A stretch of DNA of 62,706 nucleotides, the filler included, from Stramenopiles sp. TOSAG23-3 (lineage: Eukaryota), in assembly GCA_900128585.1 (NCBI GenBank). It is 6 parts of 6 records of this genome, joined end to end, with 100 filler letters (N's around TTAATTAATTAA, not from the genome) between each part and the next. Parts side by side here need not be neighbours in the genome. Positions count along the whole stretch, not along the records: positions 14,763 to 29,413 come from LT642552.1; positions 29,514 to 44,122 come from LT642553.1; 4 more parts are not named here. The stretch is one strand, 5' to 3'. A program made the position numbers and the translations under genes. Under the pieces are notes generated by a model. It was given only the letters and a program-made list of their open reading frames with translations, searched no databases and was not told the origin of the DNA. Positions 21,492 to 32,133 of the stretch are shown here, in pieces (position 1 is the stretch's first letter; each line of letters starts with the position of its first letter).

Positions 21492-23966
21492 ATGTATGGT
21501 TCGACGGACAGCGGGCGACTCACCGGGGCTTCAACTGCAAGGGGGCAAGACGCGGAAGGGCTCGGCACTAACGGCGGTGTCCAAGGCAGCGCCCACGAGG
21601 CGAGCAATGTTTTGGATTTTTCGAAATTGGACCTTTCTAAGAAGCCCAAAAAAGCAAAAAGTACTGGACATGATACAGAGCGTGAACTTGAGAGCACCAG
21701 AGAAAAGGGGCCGTCTGAGGAACGCCGAGACTCTGGCGCGAAGCAAGAGTTGAGTGAAGCGGCGTTAAAGTACCGCGAAAAACTTAGAAATCTAGCCATC
21801 AAGTACAAGAGCCTTCTCAAAGACCGATCCGCAATGAAGGAGCAATACGAAACTTATATAACAGAGCTCCGGGGAAAACTATCAAAAAGTAACGAGGCAG
21901 TAAAGAAGTTACGGGCTATTGTGAAGCAGCAGCAGGAGCACTACGCTGCAAAAAAATCGCCAGACGTTGGGTTCAGCGGCGCTTTCTCAGCCTTGAACCC
22001 ACTCGATTATATAAAGGCAGCGGTGTCGCAAGAGAAGCGCAGCGCCAAGGGCATAGAAAATGGAAATAGTCAACACGGTACGAAAGAAGGCAATGGCCCG
22101 CCAGATTCATTTTCGAGCGTAGGAGAGAAGAACCCCGGAGCGGCAAGTGGCCGTACAAATGAAATAGAAAAGTTATCGAGTGAAATTGCTGACCTTGAAC
22201 AGAGGAATATACGTATTGCATCTCAACTTAAAAATTCAAAAGACGAGTTGCACAGTTTTCAAAGTGAGGCACAGAAGGAGGCTGATATTAGGAGGAAAGA
22301 GTTGGCGAAACTGGCAAGCACACTGAAGAACAAGGAGAACGAATTGAAAGGATCGGAGAGCAAGTGTAGTGAATTCGGCGCGCTTGCTGATAAATTGAAC
22401 AACAAGATAAAAATAATGAAAGAACAACTGGACGATTACAGCAAAATGAAGGACCGGGTAGTGTCGATGGAAAACGATCTCTTAACAAAACTTGATGTCA
22501 TAAGCCACATGAAAGATGATAAAAAAATACTGGATTCGCAGCTGAAGCAGGTGTACAAAACCAAACGTGAGTTGGACAAAGAAGTTCGGGCTCTTAAAGA
22601 TACCAACATAAAAATGAAGGCAGCACAGCAAACACATATGGATAGTGCACGAAAAGTGAACAAGAAAAAATTAGTAGAAAAGCAGGACGAGCTCGACGCT
22701 GCAAGAACGGAAATGGTGGCTCTTTTGCACACCACAGAAATGGCGGAGGAACGTGTCCGGGTCGTCGAAGAAAAAAACGAATCGTTGACGAAAGAACTAT
22801 CGCGCTACCAGGCAGTGGCTTTGAACGATTTGGAAAATGACGCAGATTCTTTGGCCAGTTGTTCCGAGCTGTTGCCCATTGAAGATGGACCATTCGCTTT
22901 AACTACACCACAAAAAAACGTAATGGGTGTCGTCCCAGACGATGTAAATGGCACAAGCGAACATTATCTTGAACACACAGCAATGGAAAGTATGCGGAAG
23001 CGACACAATAGTGCGTTGCGGCAGATATCCGAGCAACGTTCGCAATTTTTATTAGCGGCTGCCGAAAAGGCAGGGTTTCAGTCGGAAATGAGTGCAATGT
23101 CGGCTAAAGTTAAACTGCAAGAAATTCAGATCGACCAACTTAAAAAGTCGCAGAGGGAAAAGGACGAAAACCAGCGCCAAAAGCAAAAGAAATTAGAAGC
23201 AAAAGCTTTGGAGTTAGTCGAAGCAGCTGTGAAGCGAAAAAAGGAGTTATTGAAAACCCGAAGGGCGCTAGTAGCCATGCGGCAGAGTTACCAGAAACTT
23301 GAGGGGTTCTTACAGCGCGGAGAAGGAGGAAATCGGAAGGTAAAAAATGATGATCGCGGGCGCCAGCGTTTTTCGAAGGAAGACAAACCAGAAGCGACAA
23401 AGAGTACCGGAAGGAACTCATTCTATCCTAAGACGGACGAGCTAGGAGCCTTGTTGGTAACGGTTGAAAATTTATGGGAACAGCTTCATTATTGCGAGTA
23501 CGAATACATGCTTAGTTCCCAACGCTTTCGAGCAAAACCCCCTAGGGATGTGTTGCAAGTCAGTACAAAGCGGCTTGAAAATGCACAGCATTGCATTTCT
23601 TCCCTGGATTCTATGTTTCGGCAGCGGGGGAGCTCGCTTTCAAGTTTGTTGCCAATCAATGGCAGAAAAACGTTGTCAACGCCAATGGAGAAACTGGTGA
23701 ATTTGCTTTTGTGCTTTGGCAACGAAGTCGTTAAATTAAGAAAAAGGGTAAATGATTATACAGAAGCTTTGTTGGAGACCACGTTTGAGAAGAGCGAGGC
23801 ATTTCAGGTTGCATTTTACAGAAAGAAAGACAGCTCAGAAGAGGCAAAAAATGGAGCTGATGGTCACTCGGTTTTAATTTCTGGGCAACACGATCTAAAT
23901 TCACAAAGCAGAGACACCGTTCCCGAAGATGGGCGTACGTTTGACGACATAGGATTGCTTCAGTAA
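21492..23966 (+). CDS. Long coiled-coil protein of unknown function (824 aa)
   Basis: Uninterrupted ATG-initiated ORF with extensive heptad pattern. Confidence 0.8.
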   Translation: MYGSTDSGRLTGASTARGQDAEGLGTNGGVQGSAHEASNVLDFSKLDLSKKPKKAKSTGHDTERELESTREKGPSEERRDSGAKQELSEAALKYREKLRNLAIKYKSLLKDRSAMKEQYETYITELRGKLSKSNEAVKKLRAIVKQQQEHYAAKKSPDVGFSGAFSALNPLDYIKAAVSQEKRSAKGIENGNSQHGTKEGNGPPDSFSSVGEKNPGAASGRTNEIEKLSSEIADLEQRNIRIASQLKNSKDELHSFQSEAQKEADIRRKELAKLASTLKNKENELKGSESKCSEFGALADKLNNKIKIMKEQLDDYSKMKDRVVSMENDLLTKLDVISHMKDDKKILDSQLKQVYKTKRELDKEVRALKDTNIKMKAAQQTHMDSARKVNKKKLVEKQDELDAARTEMVALLHTTEMAEERVRVVEEKNESLTKELSRYQAVALNDLENDADSLASCSELLPIEDGPFALTTPQKNVMGVVPDDVNGTSEHYLEHTAMESMRKRHNSALRQISEQRSQFLLAAAEKAGFQSEMSAMSAKVKLQEIQIDQLKKSQREKDENQRQKQKKLEAKALELVEAAVKRKKELLKTRRALVAMRQSYQKLEGFLQRGEGGNRKVKNDDRGRQRFSKEDKPEATKSTGRNSFYPKTDELGALLVTVENLWEQLHYCEYEYMLSSQRFRAKPPRDVLQVSTKRLENAQHCISSLDSMFRQRGSSLSSLLPINGRKTLSTPMEKLVNLLLCFGNEVVKLRKRVNDYTEALLETTFEKSEAFQVAFYRKKDSSEEAKNGADGHSVLISGQHDLNSQSRDTVPEDGRTFDDIGLLQ

Positions 23967-24930
23967 AATCCAAAACATTTAATATAATTTTTATTTCTTT
24001 TAGACTTCCGTTGTCGGTATCTAAAATAGTTGTGACGCTAATCTCTAAACAAAATATATATGAAAACCAAAATATATAGTATGTTTTGAAATATATATGA
24101 TAGTATGTTTTAAGACTCTCATTTTAAATCATTACTAACGCTAATCTATAAGACGGTTTACATATCATATTCAATATGGCAGACCCAGACAATCTAAAAA
24201 CAAATACAGTCGCTGCCTTCTTGCGGAAACGACTAAAACAGCCCGGATAATTGAAAAATCGGAGTCACAGGTATAGTTCTCAATCATTTGAACAAGTCAA
24301 TTATGGAACACAACCTGACGAGATAGTACAAAGTTTTGAAGATTATGATTGGGGACAGGATCGAATGATAAAATATCGTAGGAGGAGATATTGTTCTTGA
24401 ACTGACACCTTCTTTTTTCTTTAATTTTAATTACTATAAAACAACAGCCAATTTTCTTGTTTTTAAAATATCGTAGGAACGACAAAGGAGGTACCGACCG
24501 ACTTTAAGTGATATGATTTTTAACAGTCGCAAAATTAGATCAGTTCTACAATTGGGATAATCTTGAGAGTCTTAAAAACATTACTATATCATATTTTAGT
24601 TTTTTTTCATATTTCAATATTGTGTTTAATTTAAAATGTTTAAGAGTTATGATATGAAAACAAATTTTATAGTATGTTTTAAGACATGATATGACAAGGA
24701 GGAGTTTGGGTTCTTGAACGGTTTACCTTCTTTTTTCTTTTCTTTTTTGACAAAAAACATACTATCATATAGATAATTTGATATGTTAAAATAAGAACAG
24801 CCAATTTTCTTGTTTTTAAAAATATTTTACTTATGATATCATAATATTACACCTCTTAAAATAATTAAATAACAGCCAATTTTCTTGTTTAGAAAATAAT
24901 TCTTCAAGCCCATTAGCAAGTTTTGGTGAT

Positions 24931-25815
24931 TCATATATTACTCTTCAACATCATTTCCTGCCCTTGCACTTTCATATAGCTAGAGGTTTCCCCTCTTGCC
25001 TCCCTTATTTTATATATTAGAAACCCTAGAACTCCCCCTAAAAGCAAGGTAAAAATTAGGACCGTCACCAACAATCCCATCATGACACCATTTACAGTCT
25101 GTTGCTCTTTTATGTCTTCGGTGCACGCCTTCCCACCCTTCCCAGTGTTGCAAAAGCAACGGGCTTTCTTACTTGTATGGTCGTAGGCACAATGCCCCCC
25201 ACCCCCACAAGGCTTACTATTGTCCCCCAATGGGCACTCTGTGGGGCAAGCTTTAAAGCTATGCAGTTTAATTTCATATTCACAGCTTTTCGCTCCCTTT
25301 GGTTCGTCTACTAAATCTTCGCGCCAAGCGACGCCTTCATGGGAGCACCTTGCATAGATGGTCGTTTTTCTCTCCTTGTCTTGCGTATGGCAGCTGTCCC
25401 CACCAGAATATGTAACTTTTACACCATCGGCCGGATGATTCGGATCAATAAGTTCAATCTTTTGCGTTTTAACTTTTCCGGCTATTTTGCAAGTTCCATC
25501 GATAGACTTTTGCAACACAGCCACGTCACCCAGCAAGTTACAGGCTGGAACATGCGACTGTGGAAGGTTTATTGGCCTACAAAAGTTGTAATAGTAAGTG
25601 TAGTTGTCTTCTTTTTCGTCCGTGCACGGAATATCACCACCGTAAATTTCATGATCCCCCGAACCTTCTTTCGACATTCTGTTCAGGTCATAGGAAACTT
25701 GTAGCCCGTCTGGGCTATAGACACAGTCAGAACCCTGCGCACAAGTGTCGAAGGGGAGCAACGCGAGGGCACAAGCCGTCAGAACGGCCAGATACAAGCT
25801 TGGTCTTGAAGTCAT
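24931..25815 (-). CDS. Type I membrane protein with MRH (mannose-6-phosphate receptor homology/ATG27-like) domain and EGF-like module
   Basis: Signal peptide; YDLNRM, YTYYYNFC, GVKVTYSGGDSC, RKTTIYARC, CEYEIKLHSFKACP; EGF-like CGGGGHC...CFCNTGKGGKAC; TM helix; cytosolic YMKV (YxxPhi) motif. Confidence 0.8.
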   Translation of the reverse strand: MTSRPSLYLAVLTACALALLPFDTCAQGSDCVYSPDGLQVSYDLNRMSKEGSGDHEIYGGDIPCTDEKEDNYTYYYNFCRPINLPQSHVPACNLLGDVAVLQKSIDGTCKIAGKVKTQKIELIDPNHPADGVKVTYSGGDSCHTQDKERKTTIYARCSHEGVAWREDLVDEPKGAKSCEYEIKLHSFKACPTECPLGDNSKPCGGGGHCAYDHTSKKARCFCNTGKGGKACTEDIKEQQTVNGVMMGLLVTVLIFTLLLGGVLGFLIYKIREARGETSSYMKVQGQEMMLKSNI

Positions 25816-26815
25816 TGTTATCTTGGTGATGTGAATGAATTCAATAGGGTTGGGAGAATGGTCGTAAACACTAGTCCCTTTGTCTTTCAGAAATGGGGAT
25901 GGAATAATAATCTAAAACACGTATTGAACTAAAATTCGCTTTTCTCCTCCTGGAACTATGGAACATGGAACAACAAATGCGATGATGATAATAATATTAT
26001 TTGTAATACATACACACCACACCTTTTTTAGGTTGCAAGAGCTAGTCAGTGTACTTCGTTTAGGGATAACACTTTATATCTGTTTTCTCTTGTCTTCTTC
26101 TTCTTCTATTTGTACTTCTTCTTCTTCTTCGCAAATTGGATTATTATTATAATTTCCAATCTACTACTGTGTACTGACTGTGTAACTATAGTCGTCTATT
26201 TATAATAAAATAATAATATTATTATTTTATATTAATCAACAACAACAACACCGTGGTATAATAATATCTCACTCACTTACACTCACTGGCTGGCTGTGGC
26301 TGTGTACTGTGTGGCTGGTTCACAGTAACAATTGGATCGAAGCAAAGAAGGGTCCACTGAGACATTATATTAAGGAATTAAGTTTTAATAGAAATTATTT
26401 GTTTATAATTATTCAGCTGTATTGCTAAATTATTAAGACGAAGAACTAAATACATTGTTTTACTCATAATGTATTTTATGTTAAGGGAGATAGTTTTGCT
26501 CAATTTGTACAACTTTTTTTTCTTCTTCTTCTTCTTTTTTGTTGTTGTTGTTGTTTGGGGAGAGGAGGGGAGACTCAAGACTCATCATCATTCTTTTTCT
26601 GGAAGACCGGCACGGTAGTGTATTAGTAGCCGGTAGTGAGTTAGGTGAATTCATTTCTTCTTCTCTCTTTATATCTCTGGTGCCAATTGTGTCAACACTA
26701 AGTCTAATATTTCGTCGCCCGTACAAGACCAATAGACTCGAAGTTTAGTTTGATAGAACTGCGCGCGCGCGAGGAGGTAAATACGTGGGTGGGAAACTGG
26801 TTCCAACGAAAAACT

Positions 26816-29107
26816 ATGTCGACAGGGGACTCGAGCGCAGCAGCGGTGATGCATGCCAAGCGGGCTCGGGTTGCAAAAGAAAAACGCCAAAAAATTATCG
26901 CGCGGAGATTTTCGGTTATGGATGTAGAAGCATGGGGGGAACTGCGTGATCTGCGAGTAAACGAGCATGACCTATCTGAGCAAGTGAAGAATTTCCCACT
27001 AGACCGGGAGTTGCAGAAGCGCCACAAGGATATCATCAAGAGGAAGTCAGATTTAGAGAAACAGCTGCCACCACCCGAGTGGAAACTTAAACCAGAGTCC
27101 AACGCAACGTATTATGAAATAAATTTACGGCTTTGCCGGATGACCAAATTCAGGTGGTTTCCCCCGTTAGGAGACTATCCTGGGCAAGATGACCCTGAAA
27201 TGCACGAAAAAAGAAAGGAATTGGGAAAATCAGAAAATGGGCCTTGGTATTGCCTTCGACTGGACTGCAGCGTTAACCAATTAACAAAATTGGGAAATGA
27301 ACCGTTCATGGTGTTCCACGAACTTCGGTCGTTAAACCTGTCCTCCAACCAGCTTGGGTGTATCGGAGAGGATGGGCTGAAAGGTCTGGGTTATTTGAGA
27401 GAACTGGATTTAAGCAACAATTACATTGAGGCCATAAACGGCTTGTCTGCATGCCCGCGGCTTGTAAATCTAAATCTGTCTTCGAACAAGGTTGTAACGA
27501 TTAAGAATTTGGGCAAGTTGGAACGTTTGAAAAAGCTGAATTTCTCCGGGAATAAGATAGTTCGCTTGCGTGGTTTGGACAAACTGAAATCGTTAACAGA
27601 TTTAAACCTAGATCGAAATGAAATTATCGAAATTGACCATCTGGGGCTGGTCCCCTCACTTTCGACCCTTCATGTCCGAGAAAATAAGATACGGGACATG
27701 GACAAATTCGGCTTGGTCATGGTGACGATGAAAAAATTGAATTCGTTGTACTTGGAAGGTAACCCTATTTGCGAATCGCGCGATTTTCGTCTCCGTGTAC
27801 TGGAAAACACTCGCATTACCACACTGGACGCAATCGATGTAAAACCTCAACTTCGGGAGTACTTACGAGAGATCAAGCGAAAGGAAGACCTTGAGGATAT
27901 TGTTAATCAGACGACAGAGGACTATATGGCGCGTATGGACCAGCAAAAAGAGCAGAAGACGACTAATTTAGAAGTGCTGAGGAAACGAGAGACAGAGTTG
28001 GAGGAGGCCTTTACCAAGTATAGAAGTGAGATGGAAATGGAGCTTCAAGAGTGTATATCATATATTCATAGCCTTGATACACGAGAAGATTTGAGAAAGC
28101 AAAGCTTTCTGTCCACCGAAGAAGGATTGCAAGCGTGGCGGAAGCGCCTCCAAGAAGACTCTGAGGCGCGCCAGCGTTCTATGGTTGCTTTAAAGCAGCG
28201 CCAACAAATGGAGTCGCTAGACAAGACCGCAACCCGAAGTGGAGTAGTTAAATACACGGAGAAATTAAAGGAGTTGGCCACGTTGCGTCCAGGGGTATGG
28301 CGCGAAATGAAGCGCCGTGAGTACGAAGCCCGCACTGCCGAGATAGACGGGGAAAACAAGGTATTAAAACGAGCATCGAAGGAAGAACGGGGTCGAAAGA
28401 AAAAAATTCGAGACCGCCAGTTGAACCGGCAACGGCACATGCTGGACCACATCGATGACTACGAGGCCGAACCCGATCAATGGTGGGACGGTGGTGCTCG
28501 TAAGGCCGGTAGTACCGAATCTCCCAAGCGGCTGCACCAGAGGGAAAAAAAGAAGGGATTTGAAGACGAAAGGGACAACGGCAGTGAAAGCGACGGAGGG
28601 GGCACTCCAAAGGTAGACGGCGAAGAAGGTATAACCAAGGAAACGGAAGAGAAGAAACTTGATAGTGATAAAAAAAGCAATGGAGATGCTGTGGCGTCGG
28701 GGAAAAAGGTTGAAAAGGACGTAGAATCGTCAACCAAGAGTTCTGAGAATGAAAATGGTAGTACGTACACTGTGGTTTTTACGAAACCGACTGAAGGGTT
28801 TGGTATTGGGTTTGCTGGTACCAACGGCTGTAAAGTAACGAAGCTAAAACCAGGCTCGGCGGCTGATAAGTGTGGAGTCATAAAACCAGGCCATCTTATA
28901 ATATCTACCAATGGTACTGATGTATCCGAGACGGATAAGGAAACTTTGAAGCAATCGATGAAAAGCGCGTCAAAAAGTGATGCTCCGTTTGTTTTAGGAC
29001 TTCGGGACCCGGCAGGAGAGACGACTGGAAAAATTGAAACCCCAAAAGTTGTTGAAGCGGCACCAAAAACATCACCAAAAAAAAAGAAGAAAGGATTTTT
29101 GTGGTAA
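26816..29107 (+). CDS. SDS22-like leucine-rich-repeat protein with LRR cap, coiled coil and C-terminal PDZ domain
   Basis: Repeats LxxLxLSxNxI, LYLEGNPIC cap, and PDZ GFGIGF...VTKLKPGSAADKCGVIKPGHLIISTNG. First ATG at 26816. Confidence 0.85.
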   Translation: MSTGDSSAAAVMHAKRARVAKEKRQKIIARRFSVMDVEAWGELRDLRVNEHDLSEQVKNFPLDRELQKRHKDIIKRKSDLEKQLPPPEWKLKPESNATYYEINLRLCRMTKFRWFPPLGDYPGQDDPEMHEKRKELGKSENGPWYCLRLDCSVNQLTKLGNEPFMVFHELRSLNLSSNQLGCIGEDGLKGLGYLRELDLSNNYIEAINGLSACPRLVNLNLSSNKVVTIKNLGKLERLKKLNFSGNKIVRLRGLDKLKSLTDLNLDRNEIIEIDHLGLVPSLSTLHVRENKIRDMDKFGLVMVTMKKLNSLYLEGNPICESRDFRLRVLENTRITTLDAIDVKPQLREYLREIKRKEDLEDIVNQTTEDYMARMDQQKEQKTTNLEVLRKRETELEEAFTKYRSEMEMELQECISYIHSLDTREDLRKQSFLSTEEGLQAWRKRLQEDSEARQRSMVALKQRQQMESLDKTATRSGVVKYTEKLKELATLRPGVWREMKRREYEARTAEIDGENKVLKRASKEERGRKKKIRDRQLNRQRHMLDHIDDYEAEPDQWWDGGARKAGSTESPKRLHQREKKKGFEDERDNGSESDGGGTPKVDGEEGITKETEEKKLDSDKKSNGDAVASGKKVEKDVESSTKSSENENGSTYTVVFTKPTEGFGIGFAGTNGCKVTKLKPGSAADKCGVIKPGHLIISTNGTDVSETDKETLKQSMKSASKSDAPFVLGLRDPAGETTGKIETPKVVEAAPKTSPKKKKKGFLW

Positions 29108-29413
29108 ATTTTAAAAACAAAAACTATAAGAAAAATAACAGCCAATTTTTCTTGTTTTTTCTTGTTTATTTTAGCTAGACTATTTGAGAAAATTTTACCC
29201 ATAAAGCTTATATTTTGACGTAAATGAAAGGAATGTAAGAATTCTTATATCATACTTTTTCTTAAAGCGAAAACTAAACCACCATATTGGTAGTGCCTAT
29301 ATATGATGGTAGGTAAGTCGCCCATATAGGATTTTAAAGCTGAGCTCGTAGATAAAACATGTCTTCAATTAAAGTACGCTGGAAATACTTCATCTTTACC
29401 ATCAACCAAAAAC

Positions 29414-29513
29414 NNNNNNNNNNNNNNNNNNNNNNNNNNNNNNNNNNNNNNNNNNNNTTAATTAATTAANNNNNNNNNNNNNNNNNNNNNNNNNNNNNNN
29501 NNNNNNNNNNNNN
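29414..29513. other. Artificial contig-joining linker
   Basis: N44-TTAATTAATTAA-N44. Confidence 0.97.
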
Positions 29514-29737
29514 TTTTATTAAATTATTATTAATATTTGTTGTTGTTGTATTTTGAATTCGTATTATTTTCTTTGCACAGCTAAACTTACGGTAGAACAA
29601 AACATCGTATTTAAATAGTTTCGAACTGCAAATGTTAGATTTGCGCAGATACGATTTCCATATTGATCCATGCAAGGTAATTAATTTAAACTTTCCTGTA
29701 ATAGTAGTTTTGGTGCGTGCCTGTGGTCATTGTTAAG

Positions 29738-31446
29738 ATGCGTTTCAACCGCCATGGAGGGGCAACGTGGCGCCCCCTGGTAAACCTTCTCATTTGTGCA
29801 CACTGGGTTCTTCTAACGCCTGTGGGGGGCAGGTCTCGCAGGGACTCTGGGGCCACAATGCATACGATGGCGACGATTCCCGTTGCTTTAGTGCAGCCGA
29901 GGCCGTTGGCTGAAGTGCCGAAGCTCGTCGTGCCATTAGACGGTGTCGCTGACTTTCCGGCTTTTTACCACAACAATTTTCACACCGGGCCGTATAGCAA
30001 CAAAGCCCCCATTTCTTTCGGTGGTATAGTCAACAATCTAAAAGATGGAGATGATGGAGCCGTAGATCCTGAGTCCCCAGAAGGTCAATCAGTGCTCGCG
30101 GGCCTCTTTAAAGAATTACAATTAGACCAGTCGATGCTAGTAAAGTAAAGAGTGAGGAGAGCCCCAGGCTCCGGCGTATCCCACTGCGAGTGACGAACGA
30201 CCACGGCAGAAACGGTCTGACAATGCCGGCGTATTACTCGATGGACGGTACTGCCATTCATCGCTTCACATGGAATGTAACGCTTGGGACAAATTACTGG
30301 GTTCAGTTTGTGCTCAACCACCAGGCAGACACTGGCAAATTGCACCAAATGAAGCACTCCGTAGGCACGTCCATTGACTTGCGTTACCGGTCGCACAATA
30401 TCATGCAGCACACGCACTGCCCCCTTGCGGCAGAGGAAGAGGAAACGGTCGAGGTCGAGGTCGATCCGGACGGAAAGCCATCGGCCGTGTCTAACAAGGG
30501 CAAAAGCGATGGGCCAAACACGCAAGAGGTGCGTATAATGTCGTACAACGTGTGGAACACCAACCCACCGCACTGGGTGTATGAATCCAGGCGGGAGCGA
30601 GTCGATCGGTACGGTGAGAGGATGGACCTTCTGTGCCAATACATCGTCGAGGCAAACCCAGATATAGTCGCCTTTCAAGAGGTTCGTTTTGATTCAGGAA
30701 TGGTGGACACCAAGACTGGTAAAAGCAACTTCCAAATGAAGCATTTGAGCGCCCGCTTGCAGGAACACGGGTACTCTCACTTCGTGTGGCAGCCGGCCAT
30801 GCTGTACTTCGACCCGACGAGCATTTCCACCCGAGTGGAAGAAGGCGCAGCCATTTTCAGCAAGCACCCCATCACCCACACGGACTACCTTCTGCTGCCA
30901 CGGTACCTGGACGACAACGATGATAAGCAACACCAGCGTGCGGTGGTTCACGCGAGGGTGGTGCTACCAAATGGGGAAAAGGTTGACGTGTTTTCGACCC
31001 ATTTATCCCTGTGCGAAAAGGCGCGGGACTCGTCCGTCCGGGCGATGTGGGATTTTGTCCGAACCAACACCTCTGCCAGCGGCAAGGCCTTTTTGCTGGG
31101 GGATTTAAATGCGGAGCCACAATCGGCTGCAATGAAGTTCCTGTCCGAGAAAATGGACGATACTTGGCTTGTGCACGGAGGCCAAGAAGAACCAGAACCA
31201 CGATCGAAAGACCCAAAATTGCGGCAGGACTCGTTTACGTTTCCCTCCGACGATCCGAAGAAACGGATCGATTACATATTTGCCCATGGCATAGAAAAGA
31301 GCGAACAGGGAAAGGACAAAATAGAGGTCCTCGGCCAGGCTCCCACTGAACGAACAAAGGGGGATCCTGGGCACGGCATGTTGGACAAAGACAGTCCGTT
31401 GTACGCCAGTGACCATCGAGCAATCATGTTGACGGTTGAAATTTGA
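29738..31446 (+). CDS. Secreted endonuclease/exonuclease/phosphatase (EEP) family protein, split by an apparent 1-nt frameshift near 30112-30147
   Basis: Signal-peptide-like start in the 29717 frame. EEP motifs in the 30190 frame: IMSYNVWN, PDIVAFQEV, AIFSKHPI, STHL, LLGDLNA, RIDYIF, ASDHRAI. The two frames overlap open between 30112 and 30145. Confidence 0.8.
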
Positions 31447-32133
31447 AATTTGAAATCGCTGAGGATGAGTGTTGTCTATTTACAATTATCCTTTATAATA
31501 TATATGAAATATTATGAAATACAGTTGAATAGTATTATTACATCATAATATTTTATTTTTAATATTGTATTAATAATACATTATATTTATTTAGCTTTTT
31601 TCTTTCAGCAGCAGATGATATTAATATGATTAAATCTCATTCTTCAGATCGATGATCGATTCTTCTTCTTCTTCTCTCTCAGCTGAGAAGAGAATAGAGA
31701 ATAGACGACTAATAATACTACTGACTACTACGAGGACTACGTGATGAAATTTAATATTATTTTTCATACTACCTGGTACCTGGTATTAATATAATAAAAT
31801 TCAAGATCACAGGAGGATCCATCATCATCTCAGGATGGCCTCCCACCATCATTTACATTATTCTCTCTCCTCTCTCCTTCATTATTATTATATTAAATAT
31901 CATCATACATCTCATAGTTACAAAAAAGAAAGAAATGAATGAATGAATGAATGAATGAATGAATAAAGAAACAAACACAAGGAGAACGTAATTGATTTTT
32001 ATTACTATTTCGTTAAATAAAGGAGACATTAATAACAATAAAACAACCACACACACACACACACACAACACACAAACAATTATATTGTTCTTCCGCACGG
32101 TTTACAGTTTTTCGTTTGCTGAGTTGAACAAGT

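Noticed and set aside
24380..24900. Repeated motif cluster as a possible CRISPR array
   Set aside because: Irregular spacing, degenerate copies, eukaryotic context and no cas genes.
30100..30115. TTTAAAG as a programmed -1 frameshift site
   Set aside because: Heptamer is out of register with the upstream frame and the -1 frame has TAA at that position.
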